NCBI RefSeq assembly: GCF_001194135.2
Contig: NC_068993.1
Location: 25,267,191-25,322,275 of the forward strand
Source of the DNA: Octopus bimaculoides
Lineage: Eukaryota
Length of the DNA stretch: 55,085 nt
Reading direction: 5' to 3'
The notes below the pieces were generated by a model. That model searched no databases. It was not told the origin of the DNA and saw only the letters and a list, made by a program, of their open reading frames with translations. Numbering within the stretch: the first letter of the stretch is position 1; each line of letters starts with the position of its first letter. Shown piece after piece: positions 45,001 to 55,085 of this stretch. Made by a program: the position numbers and the translations under genes.

Positions 45001-48000
45001 ATATCATCATCATCATCATCATTATTTAACGTCCGCTCTCCATGCTAGCATGGGTTGGACGATTTGACAAGGGACTGGCGAACCAGATGGCTACATGAGA
45101 CTCCAATCTGATCTGGCAGAGTTTCTACAGCTGGATGCCCTTCCTAACGCCAACCACTCAGAGAGTGTAGTGGGTGCTTTTTACGTGCCACTAGCACGAG
45201 GGCCAGTCCAGCGGTACTGGCAATGGCCACGTTCAAATGGTGTTTTTTACGTGCCACCTGCACAGGAGTCAGTCCAATGTTTTGTTCACATGTAACTGGC
45301 ACAAGTGCCAGTAAGGCGAAGCTGGAAACAATCGCACTCAAATGGTACTTTTTATGTGCCACCGGCACGGAAACAAGACCGCTGCTCTGGCNNNNNNNNN
45401 NNNNNNNNNNNNNNNNNNNNNNNNNNNNNNNNNNNNNNNNNNNNNNNNNNNNNNNNNNNNNNNNNNNNNNNNNNNNNNNNNNNNNNNNNNNNNNNNNNNN
45501 NNNNNNNNNNNNNNNNNNNNNNNNNNNNNNNNNNNNNNNNNNNNNNNNNNNNNNGCACTTTTTCAAACAGCTATCTTCATCCATTCTCGCCACATGACCA
45601 TACCAGTGCAATCGTCTCTTTTGCACACCACAACTGATGCTTCTCAGGTTCAACTTTTCTCTCAAGGTACTTACACTCTGTCGGGTATGCACACTGACAT
45701 TACACATCCAGCGGAGCATACTGGCTTCATTCCTTGTGAGCTTACGCATGTCCTCAGCAGTTACTGCCCATGTTTCATTGCCATGTAGCATGGCTGTTCG
45801 TACACATGCATCATACAGTCTGCCTTTTACTTTGAGCAAGAGGTCCTTTGTCACCAGGAGAGGTAAGAGCTCTTTGAACTCCATGTCAACGACAGCCAGG
45901 TACAGAAGTTTATCTTTGGCTAGGTATTTCTCCTGCAGCTGTCCTACCAGAAATATAGCATCAGTGGTGCTTTTCCCTGGCATGAACTCATTGATTAGAC
46001 CATGTGTGTGTTTGTGTATATGTTTATTCCTCACCTCCACTTGACAACTGGTGTTGCTGTGTTTGTCACCCTGCAACTTAGCAGTTTGGCAAAAGAGCCT
46101 GACAGAATAAATACTTGGCTTATGTCCTGAGGTCAATTTTTTTTGACTAAGACCCTTCAAAGTGATGCCCTAGCATGGCCACAGTCTAATAACTGAAACA
46201 AATAAAAGATAAACGATAAGAATACTGTTAATAGGTCAGTTACTGCAGAATTTGTTTCGCTATAACATCTCTTAAGGACTTGCTGTGCTAAGAACACAAT
46301 AAATATGAGAGAGAGATATAAACTTGTCCCAGCTGCAGCAGCAGCCAGTGAGTGAGTGTGTTGGATAGATTTCAGCCTTTTTTAGGCCTTTTCAGTGATG
46401 CATTCTTGCAGCCAGTCACATTTTCAGAGGAGAATTCCTCACTTCTGAAATAGGAAACAGTGAATTGACCATTTACTGATGTTGCAAACAGTCTCCTGGG
46501 TGATTAAAAATCTGGTATACACAATTAAATATATATGCATTCATAAAACACAACTCGTAAAGTGTGACGGTTTAAGGAGCTGGTGCCACAAGCAGCACAC
46601 TAAATAACAGCTCTACGTATATATTAATGGTCTGGTTATGCATTGTTCTATATGTGAATCACATTACATGTAGTTTATATATTTGTTATCTTGCATAATA
46701 AAAAGAAACACCCTATAAATGTGGTTTTCTTCATTTCTGCTTTAAATGTCCATGAGACATTGGATACATAATCCTATACATCCTGTAAAAATTTCAAGAA
46801 AATCGGAAAGGTCTTTTGATTTTATTGAGAAATGATTGACCTGCATAATAAAAGGAAACATAGTGTATATATAGTATATGTCCATGGATACTATGGCCAT
46901 CTATGGATTATTATTATTATTATTATTATTATTACATGCAATGGGGCTGAACCTGGATCCATGGGGTTGGGAGGTAATCTTCTTACTTACACAGCCATGT
47001 CTGCGCCTTGTTCAACATGAAGTGCTGGGAAGCAAAACTTTGAGGAAGATAGTTCAACATGACTCTTGACATGAAATTCAATTGTTTATCGTAGCATTCC
47101 AAAATTATGCAGGAGTATTTTTAAAATGTATAAATTAAAATGACAGAAGACATTTGTCATTGACAGAAGAATTCAAATGTGGCTGACATAGGTTTATGAT
47201 GCACAGATAGTGTAGAATAATAGCTATCATATCATTACAAATCTGTACTCCCTGAGGCATAGAACAGATTTTCATCTGGACATAACACAGTGACATTATT
47301 GCTACTTGTCAACTGCAAGAAAAAGCCATTGTATTTTTTTTTCTTTTTTCCAGTTTGATCATAAAATACTTCAGATCCTTGGCGTTCTAGCAAAATTATT
47401 TGCCATGATCTGATCCTCTCATGACAACATGTGTTATCAAACTGATCAACATCACCATCAAAGTCAAAACTGGTTGAAGCAAGGGATGTCTTGCAACAAT
47501 TCTCTTCTTACTCAACCTCTGTATTGTTCATCCAATAGCTATAGTTGAAAACGAGACTTCTTCACAAATAGAACTAGAATCCAGGTAGTATATTGGTGAT
47601 CTTACCTGGTAGTCATCATCTACTTCCGTTGAAAATATGTCATCAAACTCATCAAGCTTCAGTTTCATCACATGTGTTTTGGTTACTAAATACAATTCCC
47701 AATCCTGCATAAAACAAAAATGACAAAACTGGGTTTATGTTTTCAGATCTGAGAGGTTTAAAACAACATTTCACTCAAAAAAGAGATGATCAATTATAGA
47801 ATTCAAATTATTTGTTTTAAAATGATTCTAGAGAGCAGCAATGTAATAATAGGAGCCTTTTTGAATGACATGAGGTTTCCCCCAAAAGAAACTGGACATT
47901 TAAAAGTGAGCCAACAAGCTAGCATATTCTTTTCTACTCTAAGCACAAGGCCCAAAAATTTTTGGGAAGGGGCCAGTCGATTAGATTGATCCCAGTACAC

Positions 48001-51000
48001 AACTGGTACTTAATTTATCGACTCCGAAAGGATGAAAGGCAAAGTTGATCTTGGTGGAATTTGAACTCAGAATGTAAAGACAGACAAAATACCGCTAAGC
48101 ATTTCACTTGGCGTGCTAACGTTTCTGCCAGCTCACCGCCTTAACAAGCTAGCATATTGCGCTCACAATTATAGTGCTATAAATCAATGACCTTGTTCTT
48201 CATTCTATGTAACAACCTTTCATTAATTGATCTACACATGCTAAAGTGAATGTATAATGACAAAACAATATATTACCATATGTACTGAACAGATTTTGTA
48301 TTTTTCAGCAGCCAGTCATGGAATTTCATTGCAAGCTGTCTGGAGGAATGGGAATATATTCTATGAATATCTACTTCCACATCTCAGAGATTATAACAAC
48401 TATTAGTTTTATCAAGCCAATTCAGGTACTTGCTTCAAAAACTGGATATATGCTCTCCCTCCCACAAATTACTCTATGATGTTTTGCACAGAAATTTAAC
48501 TTGTAATAGCAATAATGGTGATGGTGTTATTGATTACTAAAACCATTGAGAAGAAACTAGAAACATTTCATTGGTCTATAAAGCTACTTACATCACATAC
48601 TTCTTCATCTTCGAGTAATTCAACACCTTGTAAAATTAACTGGTGTCTCTCAGCAGAAAAATTCCAACGTGACCATGTAAAAGCCATGCATGATGCTACC
48701 AGTGCCATCTGATGGTAACAACGTTCTTCAGTAACAAAACTCTGTAATTCAAGCATTATAAATATATATGTGTGTGTGTGTGTGTCTGTGTATATAACCC
48801 CCCCCACACACACACACACAATACTGTATACTTAAATAAGAATTTTTTAGTGAACAAAATTGTTTGATGACAGAAGACAGAGTTAAAAATGAGATGTGGG
48901 TGTCATTAAGATACAGTACAGGCAAGGAGACCTAACTGGTAGCACAGGAAGGGGATGAAATATGTAGTTCTGCTCCCATTTAATTACTGCAGTGGAACAA
49001 TATATTAACTAGAAGAGTGATGGAGGGATGATAAGGAGATGAGATGGTAGGGAAACCTTGATGGAGACAAATTGGATGCAAGGCTTTTCTTTACTGTAGT
49101 GTGTTGCCAGTCACCTGTCTTTCCCATTTGTTCTGAGGGGATCAGTATCTTGAGATTAGCCTTCACTACTTTGTTCCACATCTTCCTGAGTTTCTCTCTT
49201 CCACAGGTTCCATCCACATTAAGCAATCAATACAGCTCCCCTCGTCCATACGCATCACATGCCCATACCACCACAGTTTTCTCTTTTGCATACTACATCT
49301 AATTTCTCTTATTCCCACTTTTTGTCTCAATATATTTATACTCTGTCATTCATGTACATATTTATATTCAATTAAATTATTTAAAATTACAACATGCAAC
49401 AATTAAAAAGTTAATACTGTAAATTAATTTCATCTACCTATGGTAGATGACAGATGAAATTGATGTGGTTAGAGGTGAGGGTATATCGAGAGGTGCCATT
49501 ATGAGTTAGTAGAACTGTAACACCCCACTAGTTTTTGTTTCTGACTTGTAGATGTCTGAGGTAACTGAGGAAAGATTAAGTCAGCAGTAGGTGGATCATT
49601 GATATCCTCAGCAGACTTAACAAATACAGAAGTGTTAAAATGAAGAATGAGTATGAGTTCCCATAAGACTGTCAGTTTTTGGTAATATTGCTGAATATCA
49701 GTTTCTGTTGACAAGTCAATATACAAAAAAAAAAAAAAAAAAAACCATTATCAACAGATTCTTGTATAACAGCAAGTTTGAGTTTCTTGTGCAATAGTTT
49801 GTCATCTAAATTCGCCTCACTCTCACTGTTATCACTAACTTCTATTAACATTTGATATGCAAGATATTCTAAGACGTCTAACCAAGTTCAGACATTGTCT
49901 TCTGTGATATCTTTTTCCTTCTACATCATGAAATTTAAATGAAAATCACTTGTTGCTAAACCTTCAAAACCATACAGGAGTTTTTCCAAGCACTGATGAT
50001 GGTATTTGAGTGTTTGTCTTCATTGTATTCAATAAAGCTGTTAAATTGAATATTGCTGACTTGAGGTTATAGTTTTGATGTTATTGAGAGTTCTCTGTCC
50101 TTGTATGTCTTCCCCTACACTATCCTCCTCTATCACCATGAGAACTTCATTCATTTGTTTTCATTGGTGTAACTGTTTGCATTTCACAGTTATACTTTGG
50201 TCCATTGGCTGGATTGTGGAGGTAAGACTGGGGAGTAAGAATGTACACTTTATTTTCTCAACATGACAGACAAGTTAATGATAGTCTGGGTAAGAACATT
50301 GCTAGAATCAGCAGTCCATTAACTTCATCAGGAAAGTGTCGAGCATGATGAAATGTAGTTTGGTTGGGATGTAGTTTGGGATGGGTAAAGTTGGGTGGGG
50401 AGCTTCCAGAGCTCAGTTTTACTTAGGTGGATGGGTCTTCAAGAAATCTCATATCACTACACATCCTAGTCCATTGTCATCTACTCCATGTGGCTCAACA
50501 TCATGAGATTAGCACACACTACTTCATCCTGCTTCTTCCTGGATCTCCCTTTTCCACATATTCTGTCATTTCTTTGTACAGTTGTCATGATCTATATATT
50601 TAACAAATGGGGAATTTCAAACTTGTAGTAGGAAACATTTTAGATGACATTGACTCAGTACTTCTTCCCTGGAGTTTGAAAATGTCCTCAGGTCAAGCAA
50701 GTTATTTAGGATTCTTTCTCTCTCTGCCAAGCAAAGCTTACATCGTTTGCTTCCATTTATGAGAGTGTGCTTCTATTTTAGATATATGAACTACTGACAA
50801 TGTATATATATATATATAAGAGAGAGAGAGAGAGATGTATGTATATATGTACACTAGAGCATATAATCCTTGATAATACAGTCACATAGCTAAATTTTGT
50901 TGAATCCTGCAACTGATCTCTCTCTCTCCCCCTCTCTCTCTTTATATNNNNNNNNNNGTTGCAGGATTCAACAAAATTTAGCTATGTGACTGTATTATCA

Positions 51001-52267
51001 AGGATTATATGCTCTAGTGTACATATATACATACATCTCTCTCTCTCTCTCTTATATATATATATATACTCCAAGAGAGTTAGGGGTTGAGGATCCAACC
51101 CACTAAGGGATAATATATATCCAATATACTGCTGGGAGGGTACCCAATTATTGTTACACTAGTGTTATACCAAGTGCAATAAGTGGGTGTGGGTAAAAGG
51201 AGTTTTTTTTACCCTAAATTTATATAGCAATAAGAAAATGGAGGAGAATATGAGGTACTCATCAACTTGCAGATACTGCATTCCATTGATTAATCTGTTT
51301 ATTTTATAACCAAAATGACAAAAAAGACAATATACAGACACTTATGACGTACCATGTCATATCAACAATTAAGATTTCAAATTTAATGAACATCTAGCAA
51401 TCGTAGAAGGGACAAAATCTTACAGCTGTTTTGGCCAAGTGTTGGCATGCCCCATTCTATCTATATAACTCCAGTACGCTAGAATAATTAGTAGATGAAA
51501 ATGAAGTAATGGGGGTACATGCATGATTCACTAGGCCTCTTCAGAGATTTACAAAATTCAATTCATGAATTTTGCAAAATTTACATACAAATATAAAATA
51601 AAAATATAAGGCATATAAAAACATACAAAAAGTATATAAAAAAACCCATATAAAGAGTCATAAAAACTCGTATATACATGCATATGCATGTATACATTAC
51701 CATATACAGATATACATGGATACAAACACATAAACACTTGAGTACATATATGTGTGCTCAGATGTACATACATAGATGGCTGTACATGCATACCAAAATA
51801 GTCAACAGTCACTGTTACCATATGTGAGGGGGACAGATACATATATATGTATATATTCCCCCACACATACATACATATATGTATATATAAATACTCCCAT
51901 ACATACGTGATCCCTGGTATGAACATTTTTCATTGCGTTTGGAAAGCTGTTTATATGCTAAATCTGTGGGCTATGTGCATGTCAGTTCTGTATGTGGTGG
52001 AGGGGTCTATATACAAATCATTTCTTGAGGAGTTGTTGATATAATAATAACAATAATAATAACAATATGTCAACTTTTTTAAATTGTGATGAGGTACTCC
52101 GTTATTTTTTCGTATGGGGAAGATAGGGTCCTGCTAGTAGTGCGTATTTAGAATCATGCTGGTATTTGGGGAAGTTAAACTCTATTTTGAATTACCTTTT
52201 CCTGTATGCTGACATAGTTTGTTGAATCTTCAGCAGGGAATAGGGCTACTCCACACAGTGTAAGTCT
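41937..52267 (-). CDS. DNAI7: Dynein axonemal intermediate chain 7 (CASC1/CFAP94), last four coding exons; gene continues beyond the window
   Basis: complement(join(52196-52267,48592-48741,47606-47704,41937-42074)); the three intervening junctions are phase 0 and GT-AG. It reads RLTLCGVALFPAEDSTNYVSIQEK / SFVTEERCYHQMALVASCMAFTWSRWN...CD / DWELYLVTK...DYQ / YFSNFYHLVKETGSEEA...CVKQMLTASRVLTYS*, matching the recalled CASC1 C-terminus (AYRQMALLSSAFAFGWSKWN ... MLLSTRLLSYS). Confidence 0.9.
43480..43683. repeat. SINE-derived fold-back, 85-bp arms (43480-43564 / 43599-43683), 2 mismatches
   Basis: Direct reverse-complement comparison. Confidence 0.95.
43966..44957 (+). mobile_element. Tc1-family transposase pseudogene, near full length
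   Basis: VIFTDE, IMFWAGI, MHDNAPSH, SADLNPIENLW and GGYIKM* motifs; several frameshifts and stops; TIRs not resolved. Confidence 0.9.
45004..45990 (-). mobile_element. RTE LINE 3' part with an internal deletion (AVVDME joined to FKELLPLL)
   Basis: [21 protein letters not shown]...ACVRTAMLHGNETW...WYGHVARMDEDSC; (CAT)n tail at 45004. Confidence 0.88.
47606..47704 (-). CDS. DNAI7: DNAI7 penultimate exon
   Basis: GCAG acceptor, CAG|GTAAGA donor; 33 codons. Confidence 0.88.
48592..48741 (-). CDS. DNAI7: DNAI7 internal exon
   Basis: TACAG acceptor, GTAAGT donor; 50 codons with QMAL..W..WN motif. Confidence 0.9.
48990..49300 (-). mobile_element. Decayed RTE ORF C-terminus (similar fragment at 50420-50590)
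   Basis: VDGTCGREKLRKMWNKVV. Confidence 0.65.
49560..50360 (-). mobile_element. pogo/Tigger (Jerky-like) transposase C-terminal relic
   Basis: LPSLTSTIQPMDQSI (FLPPNTTSLIQPMDQG-like), followed by GQRTLNNIK. Confidence 0.7.
50617..50790 (-). mobile_element. Penelope-like GIY-YIG endonuclease C-terminal fragment
   Basis: NGSKRCKLCLAERERIL...SNSREEVLSQCHLKCFLL*. Confidence 0.75.
50802..51069. repeat. Perfect 112-bp inverted repeat (50802-50913 / 50958-51069) around a 10-N gap
   Basis: 112/112 identity including (TA)8 and (AG)7 tract lengths; may be an assembly artefact. Confidence 0.6.
51400..52180 (-). mobile_element. Probable Penelope-like 3' end / pLTR carrying the hammerhead
   Basis: Weak C-terminal remnant KYQHDSKYALL (KCRH..KFLL-like), then a low-complexity UTR, then the hammerhead. 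Confidence 0.5.
51415..51550 (-). ncRNA. Type I hammerhead ribozyme motif (Penelope-type) with G12>A in the core
   Basis: Minus strand reads AAATCT-CTGAAGA-GGCC...GGCC-AAAA-CAGCTG-TA-AGATTT. Stem I is 6 bp, stem II is extended (~20 bp), stem III is the palindrome ACAGCTGT, and the cleavage triplet is GUA. Confidence 0.8.
52196..52267 (-). CDS. DNAI7: DNAI7 internal exon
   Basis: TTTCTAG acceptor, AAG|GTAATT donor; GVALFP resembles GLNIFP of CASC1. Confidence 0.85.
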
Positions 52268-52539
52268 CTAGAAAAGAAAAATTCTTCTTTGAAATCTTAA
52301 ACAGTAGATTATTAGTTGAGCAATTTTAGAGCTATACAAATCATATATTTCTGTTACATTTGACCTGTCCTTCACAGCAGAAGTATTAATGTAGCTCTCC
52401 TCAATGAAGAGGATTGGCTTACAAAATCCCTGTGCCAGTAGCACATAAAAATCACTTTTAAAGGCTGTGGATGCATGTTCTAAGTTGGGTCACCAATTTG
52501 TAAGGGCTGTGCAATGTGAGGTGACAGGAATGGCTCTTA

Positions 52540-53490
52540 TGTACAACATCACACAGCCGTTACAATAAAAAGAGATTGAATAGTACAAATAAATGCCAGA
52601 TGGAAAGAGACACAACTGCATAAGAATGATTTATTGATGTGATAACATGTGTCTGTGTATGCGTCATGTATACAGAATAATTGACAGGCCGTCATGAGTA
52701 CAAAATGTACGTATGTGTATAGGCATAGATGTGTGTGCGTGTGTTAAGTACATTTAAGGATGGCAACGAAGAAGAAAACAGTGAAATTGTCCATAAGCCA
52801 TTGAAGTGAGAAGTTCATAGACACAAGAAAGATGATAATACCAGTTTGTAGTCAGTCGTACACTGTATCAAGAAGTCGTGGCTATGATGCTGAGCCAATG
52901 ACAGGGACATGTCGCACGTGAAGTTGTGACTGTGATGCTGCCACCTGGGTCACTTGTACAGGAGTTCATGCAGGTCATAAATTTGCTGTAGATCCATAGT
53001 GAAATAATTCACGAACAGTGAATTGTTGGAACCTGGGTGAACTGCTTACTGAGCTATGTACGTAGAGAGATGTTGATGACATTAAGAAGGACATGATGGT
53101 GGCGATGAAGAAGGAGGTTACCACGATGTCACTGAATGATGATGAAGTTGGTAAGTCTCAACATAGTTGCTGTGGTGGTGGTGTTGTTTGGCATTGTCAC
53201 TGGAACTGGCTGTGTCCTTATGGTCNNNNNNNNNNTGTCACTGGAACTGGCTGTGTCCTTATGGTCAGTGGCTAGACATTAAAAGGTCTGGAACCAAAGA
53301 CACCAGAACGAGGAAAAGCTGAGTTTTTATAAGGAGCTGTAGTCTAAAACAGGGTAGTAAACAGGCCATCCCACGTGATCCTATTTGGAGACTCTGACTG
53401 GTTATCCGCAGTAAGTTGGCAAAACCGAGTAGGAGACAAATTGTGCCGATATCAACCAATCAGAGTAGAGGACACAATGTGATCCAAATA
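52540..53490 (-). mobile_element. LTR-like promoter-bearing repeat
   Basis: AACCAATCAG (CCAAT 53456-53460), CACGTG (53372-53377), TATAAAA (53331-53325) and a downstream AATAAA (~52636); termini and TSD not resolved. Confidence 0.35.
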
Positions 53491-54049
53491 GTGGCTAAAG
53501 GCTAGCTGTTCCCTGCTATGTTTGGATGCATGTATAAATGTATAAATGGGAAAGAGGAATTTCACTCGAGTCTACACTACACACTTGTGCTGGTGCCACG
53601 TAAAAGTGCTCATGCAAGTGCCACATTAAAAGCACCCAGCTCTGGTCACACCATGCAACTCATGCCAGCATGGAAAATGGACATTAAAGGAGGAGGATCT
53701 ACCTAACAATTTCCTATTATAAATACTGAAACAACACAAATACTCATGCATTTACTTATATATATTTACATCATATTATAGGGTTTGTGTGGCTGAAGCG
53801 ATAGGGTATTAGTTCAAATTCATGTCCAAATTCTTTCAAATCCCTCTTTGAAAAAAGGAATACATTGAAAAATGTGATCCCAATTACACTGAACCTGAGA
53901 AGGAGAAGAGGGCTAAATAAACGATTGTAGGTGGAGTGCTTTTCCTCTTCAAAGACTCACCAAACTGATGATAATCTCCATATCCACAATCCATGAAGGA
54001 CAGAAAAGAAGGAAGCTATGAGTGAAAACTCGTATAAATTTTAATAATT

Positions 54050-54662
54050 TTCACAACTACATTCATAATATTCTCCATCAGGATTATACAGTACTTCTTG
54101 GTGTTGAATACAATATATAGGAGAATTAGATATAACAAGTTTGTTCAGTATATTTTTGAGTAGTCCAGCCAAGCCCACCCTTTCAGAATACATTGCAAGG
54201 TACAGTGTGTGGTGTCACTAGCATGAGCTTTGACCAATCCAACCCTGCATATTTCCACCTCACTAAATACATCTCGCTCTATCAGTGTTCCCATTATTGG
54301 TAGTGAATCTAGTTATACATCAGTAAGTAGTGTCTGAAGCAATTCTGTTTTCATTAAGTACAAGAAAAAAGTTTTCAAAATCTTTAACAGCAATAGCCAG
54401 ATGCTGATATGAATTTCTTACTAAATCAGTGATGTGGCTAATAACAGTATTTGCTGACAAACCAATGCTCTCAAAAAGTTTCTTTTTTTCAGGGCAGAGG
54501 ATTTCACTGGTTTTTAAAAGACAGTCTTTGATAAAACTACTTTCCATGTATAGTTGTGATGATTTTCACTTGGAGCAAAACTTAGTCTTACCACATTTTA
54601 TCCAAGTTAGAAAGAACTTTTGTTGTTTAAACAGGGTCAACTTAGGTCACTCTCTTTTAACT
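54050..54662 (-). mobile_element. hAT (SPIN/Charlie, GTF2IRD2-like) transposase relic
   Basis: FIKDCLLKTSEILCPEKKKLFESIGLSANTV, GLDWSKL and AMYSERVGLAGLL. Confidence 0.85.
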
Positions 54663-55085
54663 TGTAGTGATGCCTTTGATAGCAGACGACATTTCTGGAA
54701 AGCTTATCCATGCATGCACAGGGACTAGTTCCGGAAGGAACACAGGAAGAGTCTCATGTGCATGCGTAGTCATCGATATCCAAGCTTCGCGCCCTTATTC
54801 ATTCTCTTTCTCGCTGGCCGGCGAAGAGCCAAGACATTGTAGCAGTCTCTCTCCAACATTCCAACTCTGGAGACAGCTCTCTCCAACATTCCAACTCTGG
54901 AACTAGACAAATAACCACTCAACATCATTGACGGCGTCTCAGCAACCAAAGGGCGAAGTGCTGCCTATTTCCTCTGTAAATAAATTTTGTTGTGTTGATA
55001 GTTCAGAATCTGCGTTCCATTGTTTCTTCAAGAAATTTAATGTACGGAAGCGGGTATACACCTAATGGTGTATAACCACTTTCCT
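54663..55085 (+). mobile_element. Solo LTR related to 6092-6478, running to the window edge
   Basis: Starts TGTAGTGA; the 3' ~130 bp (AATAAA...TCTGCGTTC...AATTTAATGTA...TATAACC.ACT.TCCT) aligns with the first LTR; internal 30-bp tandem repeat at 54842-54901. Confidence 0.75.

Noticed and set aside
45144-46160. 338-aa ORF, and other long ORFs containing X runs
   Set aside because: It is a chimera of a SINE, a deleted RTE and an N-gap. The X-rich ORFs at 8229-9061, 15153-15782 and 17162-17644 merely span gaps.
51260-51294. Possible small minus-strand exon (LINGMQYLQVD)
   Set aside because: Weak donor, frame-disrupting length, and the 52196 and 48741 exons already join in phase without missing sequence.
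51558-51926. 122-aa Y/M/I-rich ORF
   Set aside because: Low-complexity TA/TG-rich sequence of a probable PLE UTR.
53195-53266. 31-bp direct duplication either side of a 10-N gap
   Set aside because: Same artefact pattern.
53961-54015. Candidate further DNAI7 exon (CATAG acceptor, TTG|GTGAGT donor; FLLFCPSWIVDMEIIISL)
   Set aside because: The splice sites are good, but the peptide would duplicate the register already filled by the next exon and lacks convincing CASC1 similarity. RNA-seq is needed.

Overview
AT-rich, repeat-dense eukaryotic genomic DNA with 8 scaffold N-gaps. It is most likely an octopus (coleoid cephalopod), inferred from the RTE 3' tails ending in (GAT)n and the SINE families; I recognised these from memory and did not search. 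Three genes are present. (1) TXNL4A/Dim1 (minus): an intact single-exon CDS at 11819-12247 plus a predicted 5'UTR exon ending at 18421. (2) NDUFA9 (plus): complete, 11 exons, 18682-37510, 387 aa, head-to-head with TXNL4A across a ~260-bp shared promoter. (3) The last four coding exons of DNAI7/CASC1 (minus, 41937-52267), convergent with NDUFA9. The rest is decayed transposons: RTE and CR1-type LINEs, Penelope-like elements, several SINEs, mariner, Tc1, pogo, hAT and two related solo LTRs. The most interesting observations are: a structurally complete type I hammerhead ribozyme in a DNAI7 intron with a single catalytic G12>A change; a possible decayed HDV-like ribozyme at an RTE 5' end; several locally generated fold-back inverted duplications in introns of all three genes; a recursive-splice-type junction at NDUFA9 exon 3; and a retrogene-like TXNL4A with uORFs sharing a promoter with a TISU-like NDUFA9 start. 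No CRISPR array, rRNA or genuine tRNA gene was found. Most TE boundaries are approximate.
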